NCBI RefSeq assembly: GCF_044704955.1
Contig: NC_091984.1
Location: forward strand, 115,754,001-115,818,000
Source of the DNA: Pristiophorus japonicus
Lineage: Eukaryota
Direction of reading: 5' to 3'
DNA: 64,000 nt
The position numbers were made by a program, and so were the translations under genes. This document shows, piece by piece, positions 12,867 through 25,368 of this stretch. The notes under the pieces are model-generated. The model saw nothing but the letters and a program-made list of their open reading frames with translations. It ran no database searches and was not told where the DNA came from. Positions within the stretch are counted from its first letter, which is position 1. Each line of letters begins with the position of its first letter.

Positions 12867-14067
12867 AAGGCCTTTGACACTGTCAACCGTGAGGGTCTAT
12901 GGAGTGTCTTTCTCTGTTTCGGATGCCCCCAAAAGTTTGTCAACATCCTTCGCCTGCTTCACGATGACATGTAGGCAGTGATCCTTACCAATGGATCCAT
13001 CGCAGACCCAATCCACGTTCGGATCGTGGTCAAACAGGGCTGCGTTATCGCTCCAACCCTCCTCTCAATCTTCCTCGCCGTCATGCTCCACCTCACAATC
13101 AACAAGCTCCCCGCTGGAGTGGAACTAAATTACAGAACCACTGGGAAGCTGTTTAATCTACGCCGCCTCCAGGCCAGGTCCAAAATCACCCCAACCTCTG
13201 TCGTTGAGCTGCAGTATGTGGACGACGCCTGCGTCTGTGCACATTCAGAGGCTGAACTCCAGAATATAGTCAATGTATTCACTGAGGCATATGAAAGCAT
13301 AGGCCTTACGCTTAACACCCGTAAGACAAAGGTCCTCCCCCAGCCTGTCACCATCGCACAGCACTGCCCTCCAATCATCAAGATCCATGGCGCAGCCCTT
13401 GACAATGTGGATCATTTCCCATATCTCGGGAGCCTTTTATCAACAAAGGCAGACATTGATGCGGAGATTCAGCATCGCCTCCAGTGCACCAGCGCAGCCT
13501 TCGGAAGTCTGAGGAGAAGAGTGAAGACCAGGCCCTCAAATCTACCACCAAACTCATGGTCTACAGGGCTGTAGTAATACCCACCCTCCTGTATGGATCT
13601 GAGGCAGGGATGATGTATAGAAGGCACCTCAAGTCGCTGGAGACCAACGATGTCTCCGCAAGATCCTGCAAAATCCCCTGGGAGGACAGGCGCACCAACA
13701 TCAGTGTCCTCGACCAGGCTAACATCCCCAGTATTGAAGCACTGACCACACTTGATCATCTTCGCTGGGAAGGCCACATAGTTCGCATGCCAGATACGAG
13801 ACTCCTTAAGCAAATGCTTTATGCGGAGCTCCTTCATGGTAAACGAGCCAAAGGAGTCGAGTCTCAACGCAAAGAGCACGAAGAGGCCAAGCGCAGGCAG
13901 CGGAAGGACCGCACGGCAAACCAGCCCTACCGACTCCATCCCCTGACGAATGTCTGTCCCACCTGTAACAGGGTCTGTGGATCTCGTATCAGACTGTTCA
14001 GCCATCAAAGAACTCACTTTGGGAGTGGAAGCAAGACCTCTTCGATTCCGAGGGACTGACTATGATG
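12867..14067 (+). mobile_element. RTE-clade LINE, 5'-truncated and degenerate
   Basis: KAFDTV, VKQGCVIAPTL.SIF, ELQYVDDACV, FPYLGS, LLYGSE, C-terminal CPTC..SH zinc finger; ends gagggactgactatgatg. Confidence 0.9.
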
Positions 14068-14989
14068 CAGCATTCCCACTGCGGGATACTGTCACAAAGT
14101 CTATTGGCGTGTGTGCACGGTTAGCACGTGTCATTAACCCCTGACTGTCAGATACCTTATCCAGAGCTGCTTTTCAGAGCTGAAACACTTTATTCATCCC
14201 CATTATAGAGTAGCTGATCCTAAAAGGATTGTGCAAAGTGAGTTCTTTCAATTTGTATAATCCTAAAAACCTGAGTCCATTTCAAGGACTCCTGATGTAT
14301 GCGAAATTTATTTCAGTAGAACAACTCCCTGATGCAAAGCAAAACCCAAATTGCTGGGCCTCCGTTTTGGAAGATGGAGGGAAATTAGAAATATAACTAA
14401 AGGTACCTCCCCCTGAGGAGAGAGATTTATACAGAACATTTTACTGTTTTGCAGATGAGAAAACTATATTAAAAGTATTCCCACATACAGTCCGCCTCCT
14501 TTAAATCCAAAATCTAAATTTAAGCATAACGACATATCCAACTAAAAATTCTAATTATCAATGTTTCTTGGCCAGTTCAGCTCCTTTCCCTGGCATCTGT
14601 GTAATTAATGGTTTACTCAGGTGACAGGAGAAGCAGGAACCTGTTCTTGGGCCTCTGACAGTGTTGTGTGGTAACCACTTACAGGGACAAATATGAAAAC
14701 AGCCTGAGCTGAGTTGACCTCTGGCTCACACTTTGTCCACAGGGGACATGCCTCTCTCTGTTTGGCTGACCGGGGACAAACTGTGCCCAACTATTCCAAT
14801 GGCAGTAGGGTCAATTTTTACTGCGTTCTGGTGTTAATGGCCTCAAAATGGGGTCGGTTATGAATGTGAATGGCTCCATTGACTTACTGCCGGGTGTCAA
14901 AATTGCCTTTTAATATGGGAATCCGGGTCCTGTAAGTGTTTTTGACACACACCCACATTACAATTGTTGTAGACCTGGGAGAGATTACA

Positions 14990-16030
14990 TGGAAACATAG
15001 AAAATAGGTGCAGGAGTAGGCCATTCGGCCCTTCGAGCCTGCACCACCATTCAATACGATCATGGCTGATCATTCACCTCAGTACCCCTTTCCTGCTTTC
15101 TCTCCATACCCCTTGATCCCTTTAGCCATAAGGGCCATATCTAACTCCCTCTTGAATATATCCAATGAACTGGCATCAACAACTCTTTGCGTTCGGGAAT
15201 TCCACAGGTTAACAACTCTGTGTGAAGCTGTTTCTCCTCATCTCGGTCCTAAATGTCTTACCCCTTATCCTTAGACTGTGTCCCCTGGTTCTGCACTGCA
15301 CCTTCACTGCACTCCCTCAATAGCAAGAACGTCCTTCCTCAGATTAGGAGACCAAAACTGAACACAATATTGCAGGTGAGGCCTCACCACGGCCCTGTAC
15401 AATCGAAGTAAGACCTCCCTGCTCCTATACTCAAAATCCCCTAGCTATGAAGGTCAACATACCATTTGCTGCCTTCATCGCCTGCTGTAGCTGCATGCCA
15501 ACTTTCAATGACTGATGTACCATGACACCCAGGTCTTGTTGCACCTCCCCTTTTCCTAATCTGCCGCCATTCAGATAATATTCTGCCTTTGTGTTTTTGC
15601 CCCCAAGGTGGATAACCTCACATTTATCCACATTATACTGCATCTGCCATGCATTTGCCCACTCACCTAACCTGTCCGAGTCACCCTGAAGCCTCTTAAC
15701 ATCCTCCTCACAGCTCACACCGCCACCCAGTTTAGTGTCATCTGCAAACTTGGAGATATTACACTCAATTCCTTCATCTAAATCATTAATGTATATTGTA
15801 AAAAGCTGGGGTCCCAGCACTGAGCCCTGTGTCACCCCACTAGTCACTGTCTGCCATTCTGAAAAGGACCCATTTATCCCGACTCTCTGCTTCCTGTCTG
15901 CCAACCAGTTCTCTATCCACGTCCGCACATTACCCCCAATACCATGTGCTTTAATTTTGCACACCAATCTCTTGTTTGGGACCTTGTCAAAAGCCTTTTG
16001 AAAGTCCAAATACACCACATCCACTGGTTA
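14990..16030 (-). mobile_element. 5'-truncated CR1 LINE (RT and 3' tail)
   Basis: ORF 15431-16024 with YLDFQKAFDKVP, QGSVLGP and FADD; (tttctatg) tail at 14990-15005. Confidence 0.92.
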
Positions 16031-16031
16031 C

Positions 16032-17529
16032 TGTACTGAACAGATGAATGAGTCATGGATAAATACCCCGGTCTCAACCAGCAATGCTTTATTCAAGTTA
16101 AAACACACCTGCACCCAGTAAGAACACACCCTGGTAGTGTAATACAAACAAACACAATACAACACACGTCTGGCCTGTATAGTCAGGCCCCTATCCCGAA
16201 GTACCCAATGTCCAAAACCTCCCCCTTAAAACCCTTACTAAGATTTGGTTGGGAGAACACATGATACCCCGTCACACTGTGGCTATGATCTTAAAATTGC
16301 ATGGGCAGAGATGATGCTCACCGATTCATTGGCTTACTCGTTGCTTCTCCTGGTGAGTGTGTTTCTTCTGGTTTCTTCTTTTCGTCCCATGCAGAGTGCT
16401 TGGTTCTTGTGGAAGCGAAGCAGCAAGAGCAAGAGAAAGAGAGAGATGTGGCCTTGCGGCCCCTTTTATATGCGAAGTCTGTTTGCCTTTCCTGGCCCAA
16501 TAAAGTTTGTTCTTGTTTTGAGGCTTCCTGTTTGTGTGTCTTCTTCTGGCCTAATAAAGTTTTCCTTGTTTCGAGGCTTCCTGTTTTGAGTCCAGTGATA
16601 GGTTTTCGCTTCCATCCGATCTGGGGCTTAATGGCTTTCTATTATTCTGGTTTCCTGCCTCTCGGGGTTATCTCATCCAGGTAATGGCTCGATCACTGAT
16701 CAGTTCATCTGATCTAACTCTGACGCTTCTCGGCCTTTTGGCTAAGATCAAGTGTAGTACCGTTTCTGACCAGCCACCATGACCTCAGGATGGTTTCTCC
16801 CTGGTCAGGAAGGTATATGCTTGCATTTTTGGAAACAGGAGGTGGGTGGGGAGGGTTGACCCATCCACCTCCACGGAGGTGTGTGGGGGACCTGACCCAT
16901 CCACCTCCATGGCACGAACCTGGTATTGCAGTACTTCCAGGAACGGTGCAGTGGCTCTAGGCCTTTTGGCTAAGAGCATTGGCGCAGAGTGATCCTTGGC
17001 ATGTGCAAGGTGACCTCTGGCGTTTGTGATTTGACAAAGAATTGGAACGATTGGCTACGAATTAAAAAAAAAAACTCTGACGAGTTCACATTGCTTAACA
17101 ATGGACCCTCCATTTGCCCATTACCTATGGTGAGTTGCCTTATCCAGGCCATTGTCTTCCCAGACCACCCCTACCCATCATTTCAAGTCCAACATGGGAA
17201 AGTACCTGGGGCCCCTCCCACAAACAGGCTTCCAGTTTTGTCTGCAGTGAGAAAATATTATGCCCAACAATTCTTGGGGACCTGATGATTACAGACCCCA
17301 CTTGCCATTTTAGGTCAGACCTAATCAGAACTTGTGCAGTGCATGGGCGATGGAACCAAAGAGGCACGGACAAAGGTAACTTCAAATTATTTTTGTGGGC
17401 CCCGGAGGAGTTAGAGTTGCCGCCTTGGGACCTCACACTTGCAACCCCCACCTCCCCCTGTAACCTTCTGTTTTCCCCTTCCCCCAACCTTAACACTGGT
17501 TCTTTTGCTATGTTAGACTATGTTCAGCA
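16032..17529 (-). mobile_element. Probable solo LTR (ERV or LTR retrotransposon) hosting the U2-derived insertion
   Basis: Termini tgtactgaaca..tgttcagca; minus-strand TATAAAAGGG (~16461-16470) and AATAAA (~16088); duplicated ~54-bp block with an ETS-like motif (16494-16590). No TSD seen. Confidence 0.55.
16724..17074 (+). mobile_element. U2 snRNA-derived, poly(A)-tailed retroposon (SINEU-like element or retrocopy of a variant U2 RNA)
   Basis: 16724-16759 equals U2 nt 3-38; Sm site at 16825-16832; U2 stem-loop IV at 16918-16950; A tail at 17064-17074; direct repeat AACTCTGACG at 16716-16725 and 17073-17082. Confidence 0.9.
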
Positions 17530-20340
17530 GACTCAATGGCTTTGTGCACATAGAAATGAGTCACAGACAATGCATACATGTGACTATTGTGAACTTTTAT
17601 GCTGGTTAGCATAGATTTTAAAACTAAGCTGCTTAAATGCAATTTGCACCTGTGTAGAATTTAAAACTTGCGTGTGATGTGGAATCAACACTCAGAAATT
17701 TGCATAGTGTTCCTAAGCAATCTGTAACCCTTCATACATATTCATAAACACACTGACCTTCATGTGTTCACAAACACAGGACCTCCTGTGGGGTTTATGC
17801 CCACATTTATCCCCAGTATTGCTTGGAGAAATAGGAAGGCACACACTTGGGGCCCTTTTTAATCCTGTGGCACACACTTCCCAAGAGTGTTTACCAACTT
17901 GTGGGCCAGTCGACAGGCTGGTTTCCGTCTGCACCACAGCACCCATTGGCTTCTGGGTCTCGCCACAGTTGTTGGATTGGAGTGCACTGATTAGACGCTG
18001 AGCCGCTTACTCCAGCACCTGCATGGTTGAGTCTCGGATGGAGGGAGGACAATTGAATTGCAGTATGATTTTATCTGCTAGGATTCTTTGCACTGAATTC
18101 ATGTGGCTTGGTACGAGGCAAACTTGATTTGTGGAAAATCCTGGGTGCCAGCAGGTAGAGAAGGGTGTCATCAGCTGGGGCTGAATTCAAACCCAGGTCC
18201 CAGAGATGTTGGGAGAATGAGCTAGTGCCAAATTTTGAAACAATGTTTTAAGTATTGATGTAAACTTGCATTAGAGCTTATAATCTATGCATGGTGGTAC
18301 TAGGCAGAGGGGCGTAACCATTGCATATAGTACTGCACCAAATTAGTCTGGGAACTTAATGACCAAGTGGGATTTGGACTTTTATCCAGCGCCCCTTCAC
18401 CTTTTTTCTTTCCATTTGACGCTGATTTCCCACCCTCAGTATCCTGAGGTGGTGGTGGACCTTCTTGAACTGTTGCAGTCCTCGTGGCGATGGTGCTGCC
18501 ACAGTAGTGTTAGATGGGCAATTCAAAGCGTGTACCATATTGTACTTACACGACTGCTGGATCATGCAGAGACAATGACTTGGTGAAATGAGACCCACTT
18601 GGAGTCATTCTGGTTTGTCCCACAGTCAGTGCTGCAGCTTTCAACACCAAGATCCTGCCTCACGGATGGTTAGGTGCATTAGTGGCAAAACTTTCAATAT
18701 TACAGCAGCCTCTAATTTTATTGTATTGTCCAGCTTGGACACCGTAGCCTGGAAATTAATATGTGTGCTGTTAGTGTGTGAGCATTTAGCTTATCCTTAT
18801 GATATCGCTTTGTCAACTGTTTTAACAGAAGTATTAAGCCATTTATTAGCACTTCTATTAAAAGAACAAAGTAATATTACACAAGTAGGCTAAGTGTTGG
18901 TATGCTAACGTCACACAAAGTAATTTCAAGGTTCTTGAATCCTGCCTTACTGTATCTTATTTACATTTACATGACTGTGTAACACTGATCGAGAGTGACT
19001 ACCAAAATCTGCACAGGTGGATGATCTACACATTTTCACAATCTGTACCTTACCAGTTGGCCATGAGTTCTGATCCAAGTTTTATTAACTGTACATTCAA
19101 AAAAAAATTCCATGTAATTTTGCAATTCCTTATTCTCCATTAAGAGAAAAAAATAAATCTCTGCTCCTTTGATCACACCATTTCCCATTGCACTAGGCCT
19201 TGCAATCTTCATCCAAGGATTTGACATCCTTCAGAAGCTGCTTGTGGTTAGCTGAGCTGCAACATATTCGAGGATCTCCCTGCCACCTCGGGGCACATGC
19301 CCATCTTTTTAGTTTTTGCAGTCTGTATTTCAAAGACGATGAAAAATATCAGGGAATGAAGGAACATGTTCTCCAGGCAGTTCTCATGGGCTATTTTGGG
19401 CTACTGTTTACATGGAGTCTATTTTAAAAAGAACATTTCTTTCAGAATTAAAAACATAATGAAATAAACTGTTATTTGGCTGAATTATTTTTAAACATGT
19501 TTTTGAGATTGCAGACTTTATGCGGTTACCAGACATTGCGGACTAAAAATATCTGATGCTTACTTTTATTAAACGATATTTCACATTGCACAATTTATTC
19601 TCTTGCCACAATACTAACCTTATCAACTTCCCAGTAAAGGTTCTGTTTCTTAAGTTAGTTCATTATACTAGCACCAGCTGCAGCTTCTGACAACCCATTC
19701 CAGCTGCTGCTTGTCCAATGCACAAAGAAACACTTCTTGGTGTCTGTGCTAACTATGGCTGTTCAAATCTCTGAATTTGTGCCCTCTTGTCCTATTGCTT
19801 TGGCATTTCGGAAGTACTGTTTCTGATTTACTTTCTCATTCTGGTTCAGTACCTTGTATAATTTCATAAAGTCCCCTTGAGCTGCCTCTTTTCAAGGTTG
19901 AGCCAGCTTACCAATTTCTTCCTCACCGCTCGTTTGTTACCAAGCATCAGCCTTGCTTTTCTCTTCTGCACTGTCTCCAGGACTTGCATGGCCTCTAATC
20001 AGCCCAGGTGCTTATTCTATCGAGCTCTCTTTGAAACATGATGGACAGGATTTTTACCATGGAGTCAGGTCGGGTACATGCAGGCTGTGCAGTGGGTTTG
20101 GAATACAATGTTCTGCTCAGCGCATTCTTCAGGGCGACTTTAACTTCATGGCCCCACTTAAAGCAGTCATGTACAATTCCCGGCCAAATTAAGTGGAGCG
20201 GATCTGATGACGTTATCGATGACCCGTTTCCTGTGCCGATATTTAAAGCAGCCTTGCACACATCTCATTTGAAGGTTGCTGGAAGAGTGTGGAAGATGAA
20301 ATAGAAAAGTCTGAATACTGTCCCAAACTATCAATGATGG

Positions 20341-20562
20341 AAAGCTGCACCCCGATTTTCTGATGCCTCCCTGCATTCTCTGGTGCAGGCAGTGAGAGCA
20401 TGCAGGGAGGTCCTGTTCACTGCAGATGGGCACAGGAGACCTCCCAAAGACACCAGAAGGGCCTGGCTGGAGATAGCAGAGAAGGTCAGCAGCAGGGATG
20501 TGATGAGGAGGACATGGATCCAGTGCAGGAAATGATTCAATGATCTCATGAGGTCAGGAAAG
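20341..20562 (+). pseudogene. Harbinger Myb/SANT-like DNA-binding protein, exon 1 (one in-frame stop)
   Basis: KAAPRFSDASLHSLVQAV..EVLF..RAWLEIAEKVSS..RTWIQCRK*FNDLMRSGK, then donor gtgagc. Confidence 0.8.
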
Positions 20563-20660
20563 GTGAGCCACACTAACCTACATCCTGATGTGCCTGTCAT
20601 CATTGTGCCTTCTCAAGCCTACTCCTGCACATCATCCCTCACACCGACCTACCTTGCTCA

Positions 20661-20975
20661 AGCAGCGGGAGTCCGGAGCTGCATCGGAGAGGCCTATAAA
20701 AGGCCCAATAGTCAGCGGAGGTGAGAGTTCGAGCAGCGAGAGTCCGGGGCAGCGTGGGAGAGGTCTATAAAAGGCCCAACAGTTGGCGGAGGCGGGAGTT
20801 CGAGCAGCGGGAGTCCGGGGAGGTGTCAGAGAGGCCTATAAAAGGCCCAACTGTCGGCGGAGGCAGAAGTTCGAGCAGCAGGAGTCCGGGGAAGTGTCAG
20901 AGAGGCCTATAAAAGGCCCAACTGTCGGTGGAGGCGGAAGTTTGAGCAGCGGAAGTCCGAGGAGGTGTCAAAGAT
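20661..20975 (+). repeat. 71-bp tandem monomers, each with a TATAAAAG box (CR1 5' end)
   Basis: Units start at 20661, 20732, 20803 and 20874, with a partial unit at 20945; core gaggcctataaaaggcccaa. Confidence 0.9.
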
Positions 20976-21163
20976 GCCAGCCGGTGCAGCTGCAGGAGCA
21001 TAATATAAACAAAGAAGTAGAAAGAAATCGAAAGGTGACGTCACAGCCAAGGGCGTAAGTGATTGGCTGGTGATTGGTGAGTAGTTTTACTTTTTCTTTC
21101 CTTTATCAGTCGGTAACCTTTATCATTGTTGTTGCCAAATTAAGTTAATCTAAGGGTTAAGTC

Positions 21164-22055
21164 ATGGCAGGAGAGCTCGGACACGTGTTATGCTCCTGTG
21201 CTATGTGGGAACTCAGGGACGCTTCCAGTGTCCCTGACGACTACATGTGCGGGAAGTGTACTCTGCTCCAGCTCCTGACAGACCACATTGCAGTACTGGA
21301 GCTGCAGGTGGATTCACTCTGGAGCAGGCGCGATGCTGAGGATGCCATGAATAGCATGTTTAGTGAGTTGGTCTTACCGCAGGTAAAGGTTAGGGCAGAG
21401 GTCCCCTGCGGTCATCCCCCTCCAAAACAGATACACAGCTTTGGGTATTGTTGGGGGGGATGACTCATCATGGCAGGGCAGCAGCAGCCAAGTCCATGGC
21501 ACCGTGGGTCGCTCTGCTGTACAAGTGGGCAGGAAAAAGAGTGGGAAAGCTATAGTGGTAGGGGATTCTATTGTAAGGGGAATAGATAAACATTTTTGCG
21601 GCCGCAATCGAGACTTCAGGATGGTATGTTGCCTCCCTGGTGCAAGGGTCAAGTATGTCTCGGAGCGGTTGCAGGACATTTTGAAGGGGGAGGATGAACA
21701 ACCAGTTGTCGTGGTGCATATAAGTACCAACAATATAGGTAAAAAATGGGATGAGGTCCTACAAGCTGAATTTAGGGAGCTAGGAGTTAAATTAAAAAGT
21801 AGGACCTCAAAGGTAGTAATCTCAGGATTGCTACTAGTGCCACGTGCTAGTCAGAGTAGGAATCACAGGATAGCTCAGATGAATACGTGGCTTGAGGAGT
21901 GGTGCAGAAGGGAGGGATTTAAATTCCTGGGACATTGGAATCGGTTCTGGGAGAGGTGGGACCAGTACAAACCGGACGGTCTGCACCTGGGCAGGACCGG
22001 AACCAATGTCTTAGAGGGAGTGTTTGCTAGTGCTGTTGGGGAAGGGTTAAACTAA
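21164..22055 (+). pseudogene. CR1 ORF1 (Cys zinc finger, leucine zipper, SGNH/GDSL esterase), frameshifted
   Basis: CSCAMWE..YMCGKC..LELQV; IVVGDSIVRG; HISTNN; DGLHL. Confidence 0.9.
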
Positions 22056-22102
22056 TATGGCAGGCGGATGGGAACCTATGCAGGGAGACAGAGGGAAGTA
22101 GA

Positions 22103-24880
22103 ATGGGGACAGAAGCAAAAGATAGAAAGAAGAAAAGTAAAAGTGGAGGGCATAGAAACCCAAGGCAAAAATCAAAAAGGGCCTCATTGCAGCAAAATTC
22201 TAAAAGGGCAAAGTGTGTGAAAAAGATAAGCCTGAAGGCTCTGTGCCTCAATGCGAGGAGTATTCGGAATAAGGTGGATGAATTAACTGCACAGGCAGCA
22301 ATTAATGAATATGATATAATTGGCATCATAGAGACATGGCTCCAAGGTGACCAAGGCTGGGAACTCAACATCCAGGGATATTCAACATTCAGGAAGGATA
22401 GACAGAAAGGAAAAGGAGGTGGGGTAGCGCTGCTGGTTAAAGAGGAAATTAATGCAATAGTAAGGAAGGACATTAGCTTGGATGATGTGGAATCTGTATG
22501 GGTGGAGCTGCGGATTACCAAAGGGCAGAAAACACTAGTGGGAGTTGTGTACAGACCACCAAACAGTAGTAGTGAGGTTGGGACAGCATCAAACAAGAAA
22601 TTAGGGAAGCATGCAATACAGGTACAGCAGTTATCATGGGCGACTTTAATCTATATATAGATTGGGCTAACCAAACTGGTAGCAATATGGTGGAGGAGGA
22701 TTTCCTGGATGGTTTCCTGGAGTGTATTAAGGATGGTTTTCTGGACCAATATGTCGAGGAACCAACTAGAGGACTGGCCATACTCGACTGGGTGATGTGT
22801 AATGAGAAAGGACTTACTAACAATCTTGTGCGAGGCCCCTTGGGGAAGAGTGATCATAATATGGTAGAATTCTTTATTAAGATGCAGAGTGAAACAGTTA
22901 ATTTAGAGACTAGGGTCCTGAACTTAAGGAAAGGTAACTTTGATGGTATGAGACGTGAATTGGTTAGAATAGACTGACAAATGATACTTAAAGGGTTGAC
23001 GGTAGATAGGCAATGGCAAACATTTAAAGATCACATGGATGAACTTCAACAATTGTACATCCCTGTCTGGAGTAAAAATAAAACGGGGAAGGTGGCTCAA
23101 CCGTGGCTAACAAGGGAAATTAAGGATAGTGTTAAATCCAAGGAAGAGGCATATAAATTGGCCAGAAAAAACAGCAAACCAGAGGACTGGGAGAAATTTA
23201 GAATTCAGCAGAGGAGGACAAAGGGTTTAATTAGGAGGGGGAAAATAAAGTATGAGAGGAAGCTTGCCAATAATATAAAAACTGACTGCAAAAGCTTCTA
23301 TAGATATGTGAAGAGAAAAAGATTAGTGAAGACAAACATAGGTCCCTTGCAGTCAGATTCAGGTTAATTTATAATGGGGAGCAAAGAAATGGCAGACCAG
23401 TTGAACAAATACTTTGGTTCTATCTTCATGAAGGAAGACACAAATAACCTTCCGGAAATACTAAGGGACCGAGTGTCTAGTGAGAAGGAGGAACTGAAGG
23501 ATATCCTTAATCGGCGGGAAATTGTGTTCGGGAAATTGATGGGATTGAAGGCCGATAAATCCCCGGGGCCTGATAGTCTGCATCCCAGAGTACTTAAGGA
23601 AGTGGCCCTAGAAATAGTGGATGGATTGGTGATCATTTTCCAACAGTCTATCGACTCTGGATCAGTTCCTATGTACTGGAGGGTCGCTAATGTAACACCA
23701 CTTTAAAAAAAAATGAGGGAGAGAGAAAACGGGTAATTATAGACCGGTTAGCCTGACATCAGTAGTGGGGAAAATGTTGGAATCAATTATTAAAGATGAA
23801 ATAGCAGCGCATTTGGAAAGCAGTGACAGGATCGGTCCACGTCAGCATGGATTTATGAAAGGGAAATCATGCTTGACAAATCTTCTGGAATTTTTTGAGG
23901 ATGTAACGAGTAGAGTGGACAAGGGAGAACCAGTGGATGTGGTGTATTTGGACTTTCAAAAGGCTTTTGACAAGGTCCCACACAAGAGATTTGTGTACAA
24001 AATTAAAGTACATGGTATTGGGGGTAATGTACTGACATGGATAGAGAACTGGTTGGCAAACAGGAAGCAGAGAGTCGGGATAAATGGGTCCTTTTCAGAA
24101 TGGCAGGCAGTGACTAGTGGGGTGCCACAGGGCTCAATGCTGGGACCCCAGCTATTTACAATATACATTAATGATTTGGATGAAGGAATTGAGTGTAATA
24201 TCTCCAAGTTTGCAGCTGACAATAAACTGGGTGGCGGTGTTAGCTGTGAGGAGGACGTTAAGAGGCTTCAGGGTGACTTGGACAGGTTAGGTGAGTGGGC
24301 AAATGTATGGCAGATGCAGTATAATGTGGATAAATGTGAGGTTATCCACTTTGGGGGCAAAAACACAAAGGCAGAATATTATCTGAATGGCGGCAGATTA
24401 GGAAAAGGGGAGGTGCAACAAGACCTGGGTGTCATGGTACATCAGTCATTAAAAGTTGGCATGAAGATATAGCAGGCGGTGAAGAAGTCAAATGGTATGT
24501 TGGCCTTCATAGCTAGGGGTTTTGAATATAGGAGCAGGGAGGTCTTACTGCAGTTGTACAGGGCCTTAGTGAGGCCTCACCTGGAATATTGTGTTCAGTT
24601 ATGGTCTCCTAATCTGAGGAAGGATGCTCTTGCTATTGAGGGAGTGCAGCGAAGGTTCACCAGACTGATTCCTGGGATGGCTAGACTGACATATGAGGAG
24701 AGACTGGATCGACTGGGCCTTTATTCACTGGAGTTTAGAAAGATGAGAGGGGATCTCATAGAAACATATAAAATTCTGACTGGACTGTACAGGTTAGATG
24801 CAGGAAGAATGTTCCCGATGTTGGGGAAGTCCAGAACCAGGGAATACAGTCTAAGGTGTAAGCCATTTGGACTGAGATGA
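22103..24880 (+). pseudogene. CR1 ORF2 (APE endonuclease and reverse transcriptase), disrupted
   Basis: LNARSI..ETWL, GDFN, SDHN; KSPGPD, QHGF, DFQKAFDKVP, QGSMLGP, FAAD, RGDLIETYK. Confidence 0.95.
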
Positions 24881-25368
24881 GGAGAAACTTCTTCACTCAG
24901 AAAGTTGTTAACCTGTGGAATTCCCTATCGCAGAGAGTTGTTGATGCCAGTTCATTGGATATATTCAAGAGTTAGATATGGCCCTTATGGCTAAAGGGAT
25001 CAAGGGGTATGGAGAGAAAGCAGGAAAGGGGTACTGAGGTGAATGATCAGACATGATCTTATTGAATGGTGGTGCAGGCTTGAAGGGTCGACTAGCCTAC
25101 TCCTGCACCTATTTTCTATATTTCTATGTTTCCATGCAGGTCCACCGATCCCTCTCTGTCTATGCACCTACTCACATCCCCATCTGACTAACCACCCATG
25201 ACACTCACCCTCATCCTAATGCAATCATAGAAAGTAACAGCAAATACAGAGGCCATCTGACAATGTCACGCCACTCTCTGATAAACAGTCTCTACAGATG
25301 TAGCCCATCCATTCCTTATACTCATTCCATCAGTCTCACTCAACGTTCTCTTCTTTGCCTCCTTGCAG

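Larger units (their letters stand above)
20661..25135 (+). mobile_element. Near-full-length CR1 LINE inserted in the Harbinger Myb-gene intron
   Basis: Tandem 5' monomers, ORF1 (Zn finger and SGNH esterase), ORF2 (APE and RT) with frameshifts and stops, (tttctatg) tail. Confidence 0.95.

Noticed and set aside
16724-16950. Functional U2 snRNA gene at this locus
   Set aside because: It lacks the first two nucleotides, has no recognisable PSE or 3' box, has a poly(A) tail and TSD, and lies inside a probable LTR. It is a retroposed copy.
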